A DNA stretch of 32,000 nt from Gemmata obscuriglobus (GTDB lineage Bacteria; Planctomycetota; Planctomycetia; Gemmatales; Gemmataceae): NCBI RefSeq assembly GCF_008065095.1, contig NZ_CP042911.1:1-32000 (forward strand), given 5' to 3'. The notes below the pieces were generated by a model. That model ran no database searches. It was not told the origin of the DNA and saw only the letters and a program-made list of their open reading frames with translations. Below are positions 22,880 through 31,274 of this stretch, piece after piece. Made by a program: the position numbers and the translations under genes. Position 1 is the first letter of the stretch. Every line of letters starts with the position of its first letter.

Positions 22880-23947
22880 TCAGACGGCCGCAACCACCGC
22901 GTCGCCCATGTCGGTGGTGGTGTGGGTGCTGGTCTTGTCGAGGTCGCGGGTGCGAACCTTGCCCTCGGCGAGCACCTTCGCCACCGCGTCGCGGACCCCT
23001 TGAGCGCTCTTGGCGAGTCCGAGGTGGTCGAGCATCAGGGCGGCGGAAAGGACCGCCGCGAGCGGGTTGGCGATGCCCTTCCCGGCGATGTCCGGCGCGC
23101 TCCCGTGGACCGGCTCGAACATGCTCGGGAACTTCTTCGTGGGGTTGATGTTGGCGCTCGACGCCAGCCCGATGCTGCCGGCCACCGCGGCGCTCAGGTC
23201 GGTGAGGATGTCACCGAACAGGTTGCTCGCCACCACCACGTCGAACACTTCCGGCTGGCGGACGAAGTCCATTGCGGCGGCGTCCACCAGCAGCGAGTTG
23301 CTGGTCACGTCCGGGTAGTCCTTGCGGACGGCGTTGTACACGTCGTCCCACAGTCCCAGGCCGTACACCTGCGCGTTCGACTTGGTGATGCTGGTGAGCT
23401 TCTTGCGGGGCCGCTTTTGGGCCGCCTCGAACGCCGCCCGGAGGATGCGCTCGCATCCCTTCCAGGTGAACACGCCGGTTTGCACGGCGATCTGGTTCTC
23501 GGTGCCCGGGTACAGGTTCCCGCCGACCGGCGCGTACTCGCCCTCGGTGTTCTCCCGGTACACCAGCATGTCGATGTCGCCCGGCTTCTTGTTCTTGAGC
23601 GGGCAGTCGACCCCCGCAAACAGGTACGCCGGCCGCAAGTTCACATACTGATCGTACTTGCGCCGCATCGGGAGCAAGAGTTCGTGAACCGTGACCTTGT
23701 CCGGCACCGACGGGTCGCCCACCGCGCCGAACAGGATCGCCTCGTAGGCGGTGAGCTGTTCCCAGCCGTCGGCGGGCAGCATCCGGCCGTGCTGCTTGTA
23801 GTAGGCCGTGCTCCACGGGAGCCGGGTCCACTGGAGTTCGGCCCCGTCGTACTTGCGGGCCGCAGCTTCGGCCGCCCGGATGGCGTGCTCGATGACTTCT
23901 GGCCCGATTCCGTCCCCGCCGATCACTGCAATCTTGTGAACCGCCAT
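22880..23947 (-). CDS. Tartrate dehydrogenase/decarboxylase or D-malate dehydrogenase subfamily of isocitrate/isopropylmalate dehydrogenases
   Basis: KIAVIGGDGIGPEV, PWSTAYYKQHGRMLPADGWEQL, YRENTEGEY, TKSNAQ, NLFGDILTDL, FEPVHGSAPDIAGKGIANP. Colinear with TtuC-like enzymes as I remember them. ATG at 23947. Confidence 0.85.
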   Translation of the reverse strand: MAVHKIAVIGGDGIGPEVIEHAIRAAEAAARKYDGAELQWTRLPWSTAYYKQHGRMLPADGWEQLTAYEAILFGAVGDPSVPDKVTVHELLLPMRRKYDQYVNLRPAYLFAGVDCPLKNKKPGDIDMLVYRENTEGEYAPVGGNLYPGTENQIAVQTGVFTWKGCERILRAAFEAAQKRPRKKLTSITKSNAQVYGLGLWDDVYNAVRKDYPDVTSNSLLVDAAAMDFVRQPEVFDVVVASNLFGDILTDLSAAVAGSIGLASSANINPTKKFPSMFEPVHGSAPDIAGKGIANPLAAVLSAALMLDHLGLAKSAQGVRDAVAKVLAEGKVRTRDLDKTSTHTTTDMGDAVVAAV

Positions 23948-24139
23948 TGCACCCTTTCCGCGGAAAAGATATTCCAGCCCGCAAAACCGCCCCACGGGTC
24001 ACCGGTCCACCCGCGGGCACGCTCGCACGACCGGTTTCCGTTCGACCGCGGTAGACGGTGGACAGACGGCGGGGGAGAGTAAAAGTGGCGGGTGCCGGAA
24101 CTTCACAGGTGATGTAGCCGCCCCTGGAGGCGGGTCAAG

Positions 24140-24775
24140 ATGAGGGGTCGCACGCTTCTTATTGGTCGGACGGTACGGCGCGGGGCGCTAGCCCTCGGCG
24201 CCGCAGGGTTGCTCGCGCTCGCGGGCTGCAAGTCGGACAAAGAAGCGCCTGCGGTGGGCGTCGGGCGCCGGAACGACCCGCTGATGGCGCGCGAAGGCAA
24301 GCTGCTCCCGCCGCAGAACCTCCCGGTTCCCGAGCGCGGGATCGGCTCGAAGGGCAAGGACCCGCTTACTGCGCCGACCGGCGGGCGCGGCGAGCGGTCG
24401 AGCTACAACGACGACCAGGAGCGGTTCAAAGGCATAGTGATGCCCGGGGAACTCACGACACCGGCCTCTCTGGCCGGTCGTACTCGCGACGGTGAGGAAC
24501 TGAAGATCGAGTCGCCCGGGGTGGAACTGCGCCCGATTGCGGGTGCTGTGCCCAGTGACGCTGGCGAAAGCGTTTCCGGACTGTACGAGCGACTCGAGCG
24601 GATGGGCGTGAAGCGCCAGGACCGCTCCATTGAACTCGAAGACGGGTTGTACGTGTTCCGGGCCGCCGTGCTTTTGAACACCGCGGAAGGCAGGCGGCGG
24701 CAGTACACCGGGCAAGGCAAGACGCCCTACGAGGCGGTCAAGCAGGTTGTGGACCAGCTCGTGGAACGCAAGTAG
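24140..24775 (+). CDS. Hypothetical lipoprotein
   Basis: MRGRTLLIGRTVRRGALALGAAGLLALAGCKSD, with lipobox L-A-G-C. Confidence 0.7.
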   Translation: MRGRTLLIGRTVRRGALALGAAGLLALAGCKSDKEAPAVGVGRRNDPLMAREGKLLPPQNLPVPERGIGSKGKDPLTAPTGGRGERSSYNDDQERFKGIVMPGELTTPASLAGRTRDGEELKIESPGVELRPIAGAVPSDAGESVSGLYERLERMGVKRQDRSIELEDGLYVFRAAVLLNTAEGRRRQYTGQGKTPYEAVKQVVDQLVERK

Positions 24776-24819
24776 CGCTTGTCGTCAGTCACGTGCGAGT
24801 CCTGTGCTTCGGTGACCCG

Positions 24820-27105
24820 TCACTTCGCTTCGATTTTCTCCAACGCTTTTTGCGCGACCGGCCAGACGAGTGGGTCGCGCAGCAGTTCTTTCAGCTTGCG
24901 CACGGCCGGTTGTGCCGCCGGTCCGATACGCCCAAGTGCCTCGACCGCCGTAATGCGAACCTCAGAATCGTGATCGTCGAGCAGGCGGGTCAGTTGTGGC
25001 ACCGCGTCTTGCGCAGTTGGTCCGAGCCGTCCGATCGCGGCGGCGGCCGTGCCTCGCGTCGTCGAACCGAGTTCTTTTAACAGGGTCAGAAGCGCGGGCA
25101 GATCGTCTTTGATGGGACCGATCACCAGAACCGCTTCGACTGCGGCCGCACGAACCGCCGGGTTGCGGTCGCGCAGTCCGGTCCGCACTGCCGGTGCGAC
25201 TTTGCTGGTGTCGCCGTCGATGGCCGCCTGTGCAACCTTCGCCAACAGCGCTAGGTTTGCCTGCGGGCTATTTGTTAGCGCTTCGACTTCGGCTCGCGCC
25301 GGCTGCGCGCGAGTACCTGCTGCGGCAAGGGCCAGTAGAGCGGCGACGCGCGGTCCGGTGCGACTGTCGCTTTTCACGAGCTTGAGTAGCGCGTCAAGAG
25401 CGTTGGGCGGAAGCGGGTCGAGCCTGCCGAGTGCGGTCGCCGCGGCCGCGCGAACGGCTGCCTCATTGTCTTGTGTGGCTTTCAAAAGCGCCGTGCTGAC
25501 CTCGGCTGATGCCGCGTCGATTGTGACGAGGGCAGACAGGACGCTGAGTCGCACCGGAGGCGACAAATCCCGGTCGGTGGTGAGAGGGAGCAGTGCTGGT
25601 AGGGCCGGTTTTGTATTGGCTCCCATCGCGAGCAGCGCCGTGAGTAACAACTCCCGCACGCCGCCGTCTTTCTCCTCAGAGATTGCTCGGCCCAGCGAGT
25701 CGGCCGCGGGTGCCCCGGCGGGACCGAGACGCACCAATGTACGGGCAACCTGGATCCGGATGACACGCTCATCGTCGCTCGCGAGCTTACCGATCTCTGC
25801 CGCCAGCTTCGTTTGCTCGGTTGCGGGGCGTAACGCGACCAACTCCAGAGCGGCGCTTCGTGCAAACGGGTCCGGGCTGGTCAGCTTTGTCAGTGCCGCC
25901 GGGACGAGCGTTTCCGCAGCGGGGCCGACGCGACCGATCACCTGGACCGCCAGCGCCGCGACCCCGCGCGAGTCCGAATCGAGTCCGCGTTTCAGCAGCG
26001 CGAGCGCCTCGTTTTGCGAGTCGCCGATGCGGAGCAGCGCGCAGGCGGCCTCGAGCGCGTTGTCGGCTGACAGGTCCTGGAGCACCTTTTTGATCGCACC
26101 AGCGGCTGGCTTCGCGATCGGCCCCATGTCGCCCAGCGCGCGAAGAGCGTCGTAACGAAGCAGTGCGTTCGAATCGTCGAGCAGCTTTGCGGTCGGAGCG
26201 ACCGCTACGGCCCCGATGCGCCCCAGTGCGTTCCATGACGCGATTTCGGGACCGCCTTCGTCCGGGCGCTGTTGTGGGTCGCGATCCTTGTAGGCCTTTT
26301 TCAGGAGCGCGATCAGGGCGGGAACGGCCGGTGCGGCGTTCGGTCCGATTGCTCCGAGTGCGTTGGCGGCGGCGCGACGCACGTTCGGGTTGTCGCTCTT
26401 GAGTGCCGCGGCGAGCGGTTCGACGGCGTCCGCGGGGAGGGTCGTCAGCGCGCTGACCAGTTCGCCGGCGAGTCGGGCGGTTTCGTCGCTTTCGTGTGTA
26501 AGGAGTTTGGACAGTGCGACGGGGTTCGCAACTCCGGTCGTGTGCAGCGCGTCGAACGCTGCGCCACGGACCCGCACGTCCGGATCGGTGCAGAGCTTCT
26601 GCACGTCGGCGGCCAGGGCTTTCGACACCGGCCCCAGTTGCCCGATCGTGTACGCCGTGTGTTCGCGCACCGCGGGCGTCGGGTCTGTTAGCCCTTCGCG
26701 TAGTGCCGATAGTCCCTTATCTCGCAGCAGCGCTTCGCCTTTCGGGCCGGATTTCAGCAGCGCGAGGGCCGCGGCTTCACGGGTGCTATTGATCTGGTTC
26801 GCGCGCGTGTTCCCGGGTCCGTTGGTGGTTTTGTCCTTCAGCAGTTCGACGAGTGCCGGCCCGGTCCCGGGGTCTTCGAGTACGAGAAACGATAGTTCGT
26901 CGATCGCGGCTCGGCGGGGGGCGTCCTGGCGGTTCTTGAGCGCGGCGAGCTGCTTGTTCCGCCGCTCCGCGGCGCCGTCCTCATGCGGTTTCGCAGTGGT
27001 CGTGTTTTCGTCCGTCTTGGGTTCGGCTGTTGGCGCGGCGGGCTTTTTTCCACAACCGCAGGCCACACACAGTGCCAACGCGAGGAGTAACGAACGGCGG
27101 TACAT
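24820..27105 (-). CDS. Exported HEAT-repeat (PBS-lyase-like) protein, 761 aa
   Basis: N-terminal MYRRSLLLALALCVACGCGKK. Body is a long series of ~30-aa units of the type VR.AAA.ALG.IGP.A..A.P.L..LL.D. Confidence 0.85.
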   Translation of the reverse strand: MYRRSLLLALALCVACGCGKKPAAPTAEPKTDENTTTAKPHEDGAAERRNKQLAALKNRQDAPRRAAIDELSFLVLEDPGTGPALVELLKDKTTNGPGNTRANQINSTREAAALALLKSGPKGEALLRDKGLSALREGLTDPTPAVREHTAYTIGQLGPVSKALAADVQKLCTDPDVRVRGAAFDALHTTGVANPVALSKLLTHESDETARLAGELVSALTTLPADAVEPLAAALKSDNPNVRRAAANALGAIGPNAAPAVPALIALLKKAYKDRDPQQRPDEGGPEIASWNALGRIGAVAVAPTAKLLDDSNALLRYDALRALGDMGPIAKPAAGAIKKVLQDLSADNALEAACALLRIGDSQNEALALLKRGLDSDSRGVAALAVQVIGRVGPAAETLVPAALTKLTSPDPFARSAALELVALRPATEQTKLAAEIGKLASDDERVIRIQVARTLVRLGPAGAPAADSLGRAISEEKDGGVRELLLTALLAMGANTKPALPALLPLTTDRDLSPPVRLSVLSALVTIDAASAEVSTALLKATQDNEAAVRAAAATALGRLDPLPPNALDALLKLVKSDSRTGPRVAALLALAAAGTRAQPARAEVEALTNSPQANLALLAKVAQAAIDGDTSKVAPAVRTGLRDRNPAVRAAAVEAVLVIGPIKDDLPALLTLLKELGSTTRGTAAAAIGRLGPTAQDAVPQLTRLLDDHDSEVRITAVEALGRIGPAAQPAVRKLKELLRDPLVWPVAQKALEKIEAK

Positions 27106-27258
27106 GACCGGACCGGGTGTTGGGTGATGGGCGCGTCGCGTATCATCCTACTTCGTACTTTTTCGCCGTGCGAGTCGCTCGCGCGGCCCCGGCGTTCCGG
27201 TTCTAGGTTTGCGGTGTCGGCGAAAGCGCTCGATTTCTGCCCGCCTGGGAACCCGACC

Positions 27259-27744
27259 GTGAACGCGCAGCTCCCACTGGAACTGAACATCGGCACCTCG
27301 AACCAGGAGCGGCCCGACGCCAACGCGCCCCGCGCGAGTGCCCCACCGCGCCCGGTCACCGGGGTGCGACGGGTTGTGTACGTGTGCGCGGGATTGGTGT
27401 GTGTTGGGTTGGCGTATCTCGGTGCGGTCCTTCCCGGGCTCCCAACGACTCCGTGGGTGCTGCTGGCGAGTTACTTCTTTTCGCGCTCGTCGCCCCGTTT
27501 AGAGCGGTGGCTGAAGCGGTCACCGTTGTTCGGGCGGTTGCTCCGCGACTGGCACGAGCACGGCGGCATCCGGCGCCCCGTGAAAGTGTTTGCGGTGTGC
27601 CTTGTGGTCACGGTGGTGAGCCTGAGCCTTGCGTTCCGCGATTTGCCCGTAGCGGTGAAGTGCGTCATTGCGGGGCTGGCGCTGATCGGGATTTGCACCA
27701 TTCTGTTCATCGTGCCGACCGTGAAAGCCAACCGCCGCCCGTAA
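27259..27744 (+). CDS. YbaN/DUF454-family inner membrane protein
   Basis: LPGLPTTPWVLLASYFFSRSSPRLERWL is the family hallmark. The start is uncertain: GTG at 27259 is chosen because GC3 bias begins there. GTG at 27364 or the track start at 27124 are also possible. Confidence 0.7.
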   Translation: MNAQLPLELNIGTSNQERPDANAPRASAPPRPVTGVRRVVYVCAGLVCVGLAYLGAVLPGLPTTPWVLLASYFFSRSSPRLERWLKRSPLFGRLLRDWHEHGGIRRPVKVFAVCLVVTVVSLSLAFRDLPVAVKCVIAGLALIGICTILFIVPTVKANRRP

Positions 27745-27789
27745 GGGGCGGCGCGTGTCTTCGCAACAAACCGGCTAGCAAGAGGCGTG

Positions 27790-29664
27790 TTACCGCCAGT
27801 CGAGGCTGAAGAGTGTAAGGAGCTCCCCTTGCGTTTTTTGGGAGGCCACAGTCGTTACGTTCGTTCCGTCGGCGTCGCACACGATCAGGCGCCACTCCGT
27901 TTCCTTGTTGGTTGCTTCCTGCCGCCCGCCCTCGTGCTTCTGGCGCCAAGTGTACGCGATCCTCTTGCCGTCAGGGGACCAGACTAACCCGTGCTCTTGG
28001 ACCTCTCCGTTCGGCGGCACGTTTGCCACTTTGGTAACCTTCCCGCTTGCGATATCGAGAATGGCCAGCGCGCGCTCCGGCGGCGGAAGCTCGGCGCCGG
28101 CTTCCTGGCGCTTCTTTTTCTCGGCCGTCGTTTCTTTTGCGCTCTTTAGCAGAACACACAACACGCGGGTGCCGTCCGGGGACATGCGGCCCATCGTCGC
28201 GTTCGTGTCCGGGGCCAGCGCTTTGTGCTTGCTGCCGTCGCGGTTCACCAGATATAGGCGGGCTTTGGCGTCGGACGGGTCGGTCCTGGTTAGTCGCATG
28301 GTGACGAACCGCCCGTCGGGAGCCCAGCTCGTAATGACGTGACCCGGCGGGAGCTTTAGCTCCGTCTTCTCCTTCGACTCCACGCGGACCACCAGGGAAG
28401 TCGCTTGGGGCTGCCGGCCGGGTTCGTCATCGACACTGGAGCACGCGATTTCAGTCCCGTCCGGCGACCACACGAACGAGTCGCACTCGACACCGAGGTC
28501 GGTGCCGCTACCGGTGTCGTTGAGCGCGCGGACGTGTAGGTGCAGTTTTAGGGGCTCGCTTTTCGTCAGAAGGTCACTGAGCTTGGCAGTCCGCTGCGGC
28601 GGGTGCCGGTACGCGATCGTCTTTCCGTCTGGAGAAAGTTGCACGCTCGGGAGGAACCGCTCCTTGAGGGCGAACTCCTTTGTGTTCTTACCATCGGGGT
28701 TGGACAGTACGAGTTTTCCGTCGGTCCAGTAGAGCAGCTTGTTCGGTCCCTTCAGAAGTGGTTTCGGAGCCACTTTCACCGCGGGAGAATCAGGGCGCGT
28801 CGCGGGTACGATTCTCGGTTGGGAACCGGGCGGCTCTTGGGTCGCGGCGAGGGCGGCGCACGCGAACGCGCCGAGTGCGAGCGCCACGAGCGGAACAACG
28901 GTTTTCAGCTTTTGTACGAGCATGGTTTTGAGTACTCGGGTCGAAAGGGTTATTGCGCCCGCTGGTCTGAGGGCCGGGAAGAGTGCCGCTGTCAGCGCTC
29001 GGGCGGTGAGGTCTGTCGGGACTCTCGCTTGTGCGGTTGCGCCGAGCGCTGCCGACAGTCCCGCGGAGCTCAGTGTGATTCCGCGCTGTCGTAACCGGTG
29101 AGCGAGGAGCTTGCGCGCCTTTGCGAGCCGGCTCGACAGCGTTCCCTCCGAAGTTCTCAGTCGCCCGGCCGCCTCCTTGCGACTCAGTCCTTCGATCTCG
29201 CACAACACGACCGCTGCGCGCAGGTGCTCGGGGAGCAGGGTCATTTCCTCGTCGAGCGCGTGCAGCACATCTGCGTCCGCTCGTTCGTTTGGTTCCGCTG
29301 GTTGTTCGGGAACGTTCGGGACCGGCACCTCGCGGGCGCGTCGGCGGGCACTCACGGTGCGGGCCTCCTGCGCACACCGGACGGCGACCCCGTACAGCCA
29401 CCCGCGCACCGCCTCGGCCGGGCGGACGACTGCGGCGCGGCGCGCGAGTACGAGGAACGCGGCCTGGAACGCGTCTTCGGCCGTGTGTGCGTCGGGGGCG
29501 ATTCGTCGGCACACTCCGAGGACCAACGGCCCGAGGCGCCGGACCAGTTCGGCGAACGCTGCCTCGTCGCCGGTACGCACGAACCGTCTGAGGAGTTGGC
29601 CGTCGGTGTCGGGAGCGACGGCCTGGGCGGTGTGGGCCATCAGTGCGGACAGGGCATGGGACAT
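27790..29664 (-). CDS. ECF sigma factor fused to a TM helix and a C-terminal TolB-like (PD40) beta-propeller
   Basis: Sigma-70 region 2 (FAELVRRLGPLVLGVCRRI..DAEDAFQAAFLVLARR) and region 4 (LPEHLRAAVVLCEIEGLSRKEAAGRLRTSEGTLSSRLAKARKLL). TM helix VVPLVALALGAFACAALAA. Repeated SPDGK.IAY, WSPDGTEIA, WAPDGRFV, MSPDGTRV, WSPDGKRIAY. ATG at 29664, with an alternative GTG at 29700. Confidence 0.85.
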   Translation of the reverse strand: MSHALSALMAHTAQAVAPDTDGQLLRRFVRTGDEAAFAELVRRLGPLVLGVCRRIAPDAHTAEDAFQAAFLVLARRAAVVRPAEAVRGWLYGVAVRCAQEARTVSARRRAREVPVPNVPEQPAEPNERADADVLHALDEEMTLLPEHLRAAVVLCEIEGLSRKEAAGRLRTSEGTLSSRLAKARKLLAHRLRQRGITLSSAGLSAALGATAQARVPTDLTARALTAALFPALRPAGAITLSTRVLKTMLVQKLKTVVPLVALALGAFACAALAATQEPPGSQPRIVPATRPDSPAVKVAPKPLLKGPNKLLYWTDGKLVLSNPDGKNTKEFALKERFLPSVQLSPDGKTIAYRHPPQRTAKLSDLLTKSEPLKLHLHVRALNDTGSGTDLGVECDSFVWSPDGTEIACSSVDDEPGRQPQATSLVVRVESKEKTELKLPPGHVITSWAPDGRFVTMRLTRTDPSDAKARLYLVNRDGSKHKALAPDTNATMGRMSPDGTRVLCVLLKSAKETTAEKKKRQEAGAELPPPERALAILDIASGKVTKVANVPPNGEVQEHGLVWSPDGKRIAYTWRQKHEGGRQEATNKETEWRLIVCDADGTNVTTVASQKTQGELLTLFSLDWR

Positions 29665-29856
29665 TGTGGACTCCGCGAGCGAACCACCGTGGTTCGCCAC
29701 TCATCTTGGGTCGAACCGGTCTCGCGCGTCGCGAAAAATCAGAGTTGCGCCCAAAAATGAGTGGGCGCGGGCTTTGGTGAGAAGCCGGAGTTGCCTGAGC
29801 GAACGAGACGCGGTATGCGGCCCTCGTGTCTCGCCCTCCCCCAAGCGAGGAGATCC

Positions 29857-30453
29857 ATGTTTCGTTCCGCTATTTTCGCACTCGTCGTGGCGGCCGTTGC
29901 TGGACCCGGAACGGCCGCTGAGCCGGTTCCGGTCAAAGGGACCTCGGTTGCCTACGCCCCAACCATTTCAGCTACCGTCAAAGATAAGGCCGTTCCGCTC
30001 AGCCTGACCGGGGTCGGACTGCGCACCAAGGTCGGGTTCGATGTGTACACGGTCGCCAGCTACGTGCAGGACGGGACCCGCGTTCAGAAGGCCGAGGATG
30101 TGGCCAAGACCGACTCCGTCCGCTTGCTCCATTTGGTCATGCAGCGGACGGTGCAGCCGGACGACTTCATTGGGGCCTTCCGGTCGGCGGTCGGTAAGTC
30201 GTACCCCGAGGGCAAGTTCGCGACGGAGTTCGCCCAACTGGTCAACGCGATCGGGAAGAACGCAGCGACCAAGGGCGATCACGTGATTCTGCTTCACGTG
30301 CCCGGCGAGGGTGTGCGTGTTCAGGTGGGTCAGAAGGTGGACGTGACGATCAAGAGCCCGGCCTTCTCTCAAGCCCTGTGGGAGGTGTACTTCGGTTCGA
30401 AGCCGCTCGACGAAGGGCTCAAGAAGGGACTGGTCGGCTCGATGAAGCCGTAA
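29857..30453 (+). CDS. Secreted chalcone-isomerase-like (Chalcone_3-type) protein
   Basis: GAGGAG before the ATG at 29857. Signal peptide MFRSAIFALVVAAVAGPGTAAEP. LSLTGVGLRTKVGFDVYTVASYV pattern. Confidence 0.75.
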   Translation: MFRSAIFALVVAAVAGPGTAAEPVPVKGTSVAYAPTISATVKDKAVPLSLTGVGLRTKVGFDVYTVASYVQDGTRVQKAEDVAKTDSVRLLHLVMQRTVQPDDFIGAFRSAVGKSYPEGKFATEFAQLVNAIGKNAATKGDHVILLHVPGEGVRVQVGQKVDVTIKSPAFSQALWEVYFGSKPLDEGLKKGLVGSMKP

Positions 30454-30481
30454 CCGGGACACGATCGGGATGATCCTATCT

Positions 30482-30504
30482 CGCCGGTGGGGCGACCGCC
30501 GGCG
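30482..30504 (+). terminator. Weak terminator-like hairpin after the chalcone-isomerase-like gene
   Basis: CGCCGGTGG-GGCGA-CCGCCGGCG, a 9-bp stem including one G.U pair. It is followed by ACTCTTATC, a poor U-tract. Confidence 0.35.
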
Positions 30505-30700
30505 ACTCTTATCAGTGACGGCACCTCGGCCCGCTTTCGCACCTTTCGGCCAACTAGGTCTCAGGGTCAGTCGTAGACGATCATCTTCTCGACCTTGAAT
30601 CCCTTCTCCCCGGTCATCAGTCGGTGACGCATCGACCTTCCGGCACCCGGATTGCAAGTGCGAGAGCGGGGGGTGCGGCGCGCGCAGCGCAGAGGAACCT

Positions 30701-31153
30701 ATGACCGAAAAAGGTAGCTGGCTGGAACGCATGTCGGGGCTCGCGACCGCGTGGACCGGATCTTCCCAGGCGTTTGCGCTCGCCCTCGGAACCATTCTTG
30801 TGTGGGCGGTGACCGGCCCTCTGTTCCGGTTTTCGGACACGTGGCAACTGGTGATCAACACCGGCACCACGATCGTTACGTTCTTGATGGTGTTCCTGAT
30901 TCAGCGTGCCCAGAACAAGGACTCGCTGGCGATTCACTTGAAACTCAACGAGATTGTTGCCGCGTTGCCGTGGACGAGCAACCGGCTTATCAGTGCCGAG
31001 GATCTGACCGAGACTGAAGTGAGGATCTTGCGCGACCACTTCCGCAAGTTGGTGGAACTGGCCCGGAGGGACGAAGACCTGAAGTGTTCGCACTCGATCG
31101 AAGACGCGGAAGCGGATCACGTGCGGAAGCAGCAAACGGCGGCTCGCGCGTGA
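30701..31153 (+). CDS. Low-affinity iron permease family membrane protein
   Basis: [42 protein letters not shown] is the characteristic segment of this family. Confidence 0.8.
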   Translation: MTEKGSWLERMSGLATAWTGSSQAFALALGTILVWAVTGPLFRFSDTWQLVINTGTTIVTFLMVFLIQRAQNKDSLAIHLKLNEIVAALPWTSNRLISAEDLTETEVRILRDHFRKLVELARRDEDLKCSHSIEDAEADHVRKQQTAARA

Positions 31154-31274
31154 CGGGTTCGAGATGGGGCCGTTTGGCGATAGTGCGCTGCTGACGGCGT
31201 TGGTGGGTGAGCGGTGGGACGTGGGGTCACCCGTTATGCGACTGCGCCGAACGGGTGCGCCGTCTGGATTTTCC

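Noticed and set aside
22400-26155. Long ORFs 22400-24082 (+) and 25049-26155 (+), antisense to the dehydrogenase and HEAT-repeat genes. Also the Gly-rich 9712-10938 (+), antisense to the LysM gene.
   Set aside because: Antisense shadows of convincing genes, with low-complexity translations and no start or RBS context.
27124-27258. The N-terminal extension of the YbaN-family ORF, starting 18 bp from the divergent HEAT-repeat gene start.
   Set aside because: The first ~45 codons have poor GC3 bias (cgt atc atc cta ctt cgt act ttt). That start would also leave no room for two divergent promoters. A downstream GTG (27259 or 27364) is more plausible.
30567-30617. A 16-codon minus-strand ORF ([16 protein letters not shown]) with high GC3, in the spacer upstream of the iron-permease gene.
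   Set aside because: It is too short to support. It has no RBS or recognisable family and could be a gene remnant or chance. It is only worth checking if Ribo-seq or conservation data exist.
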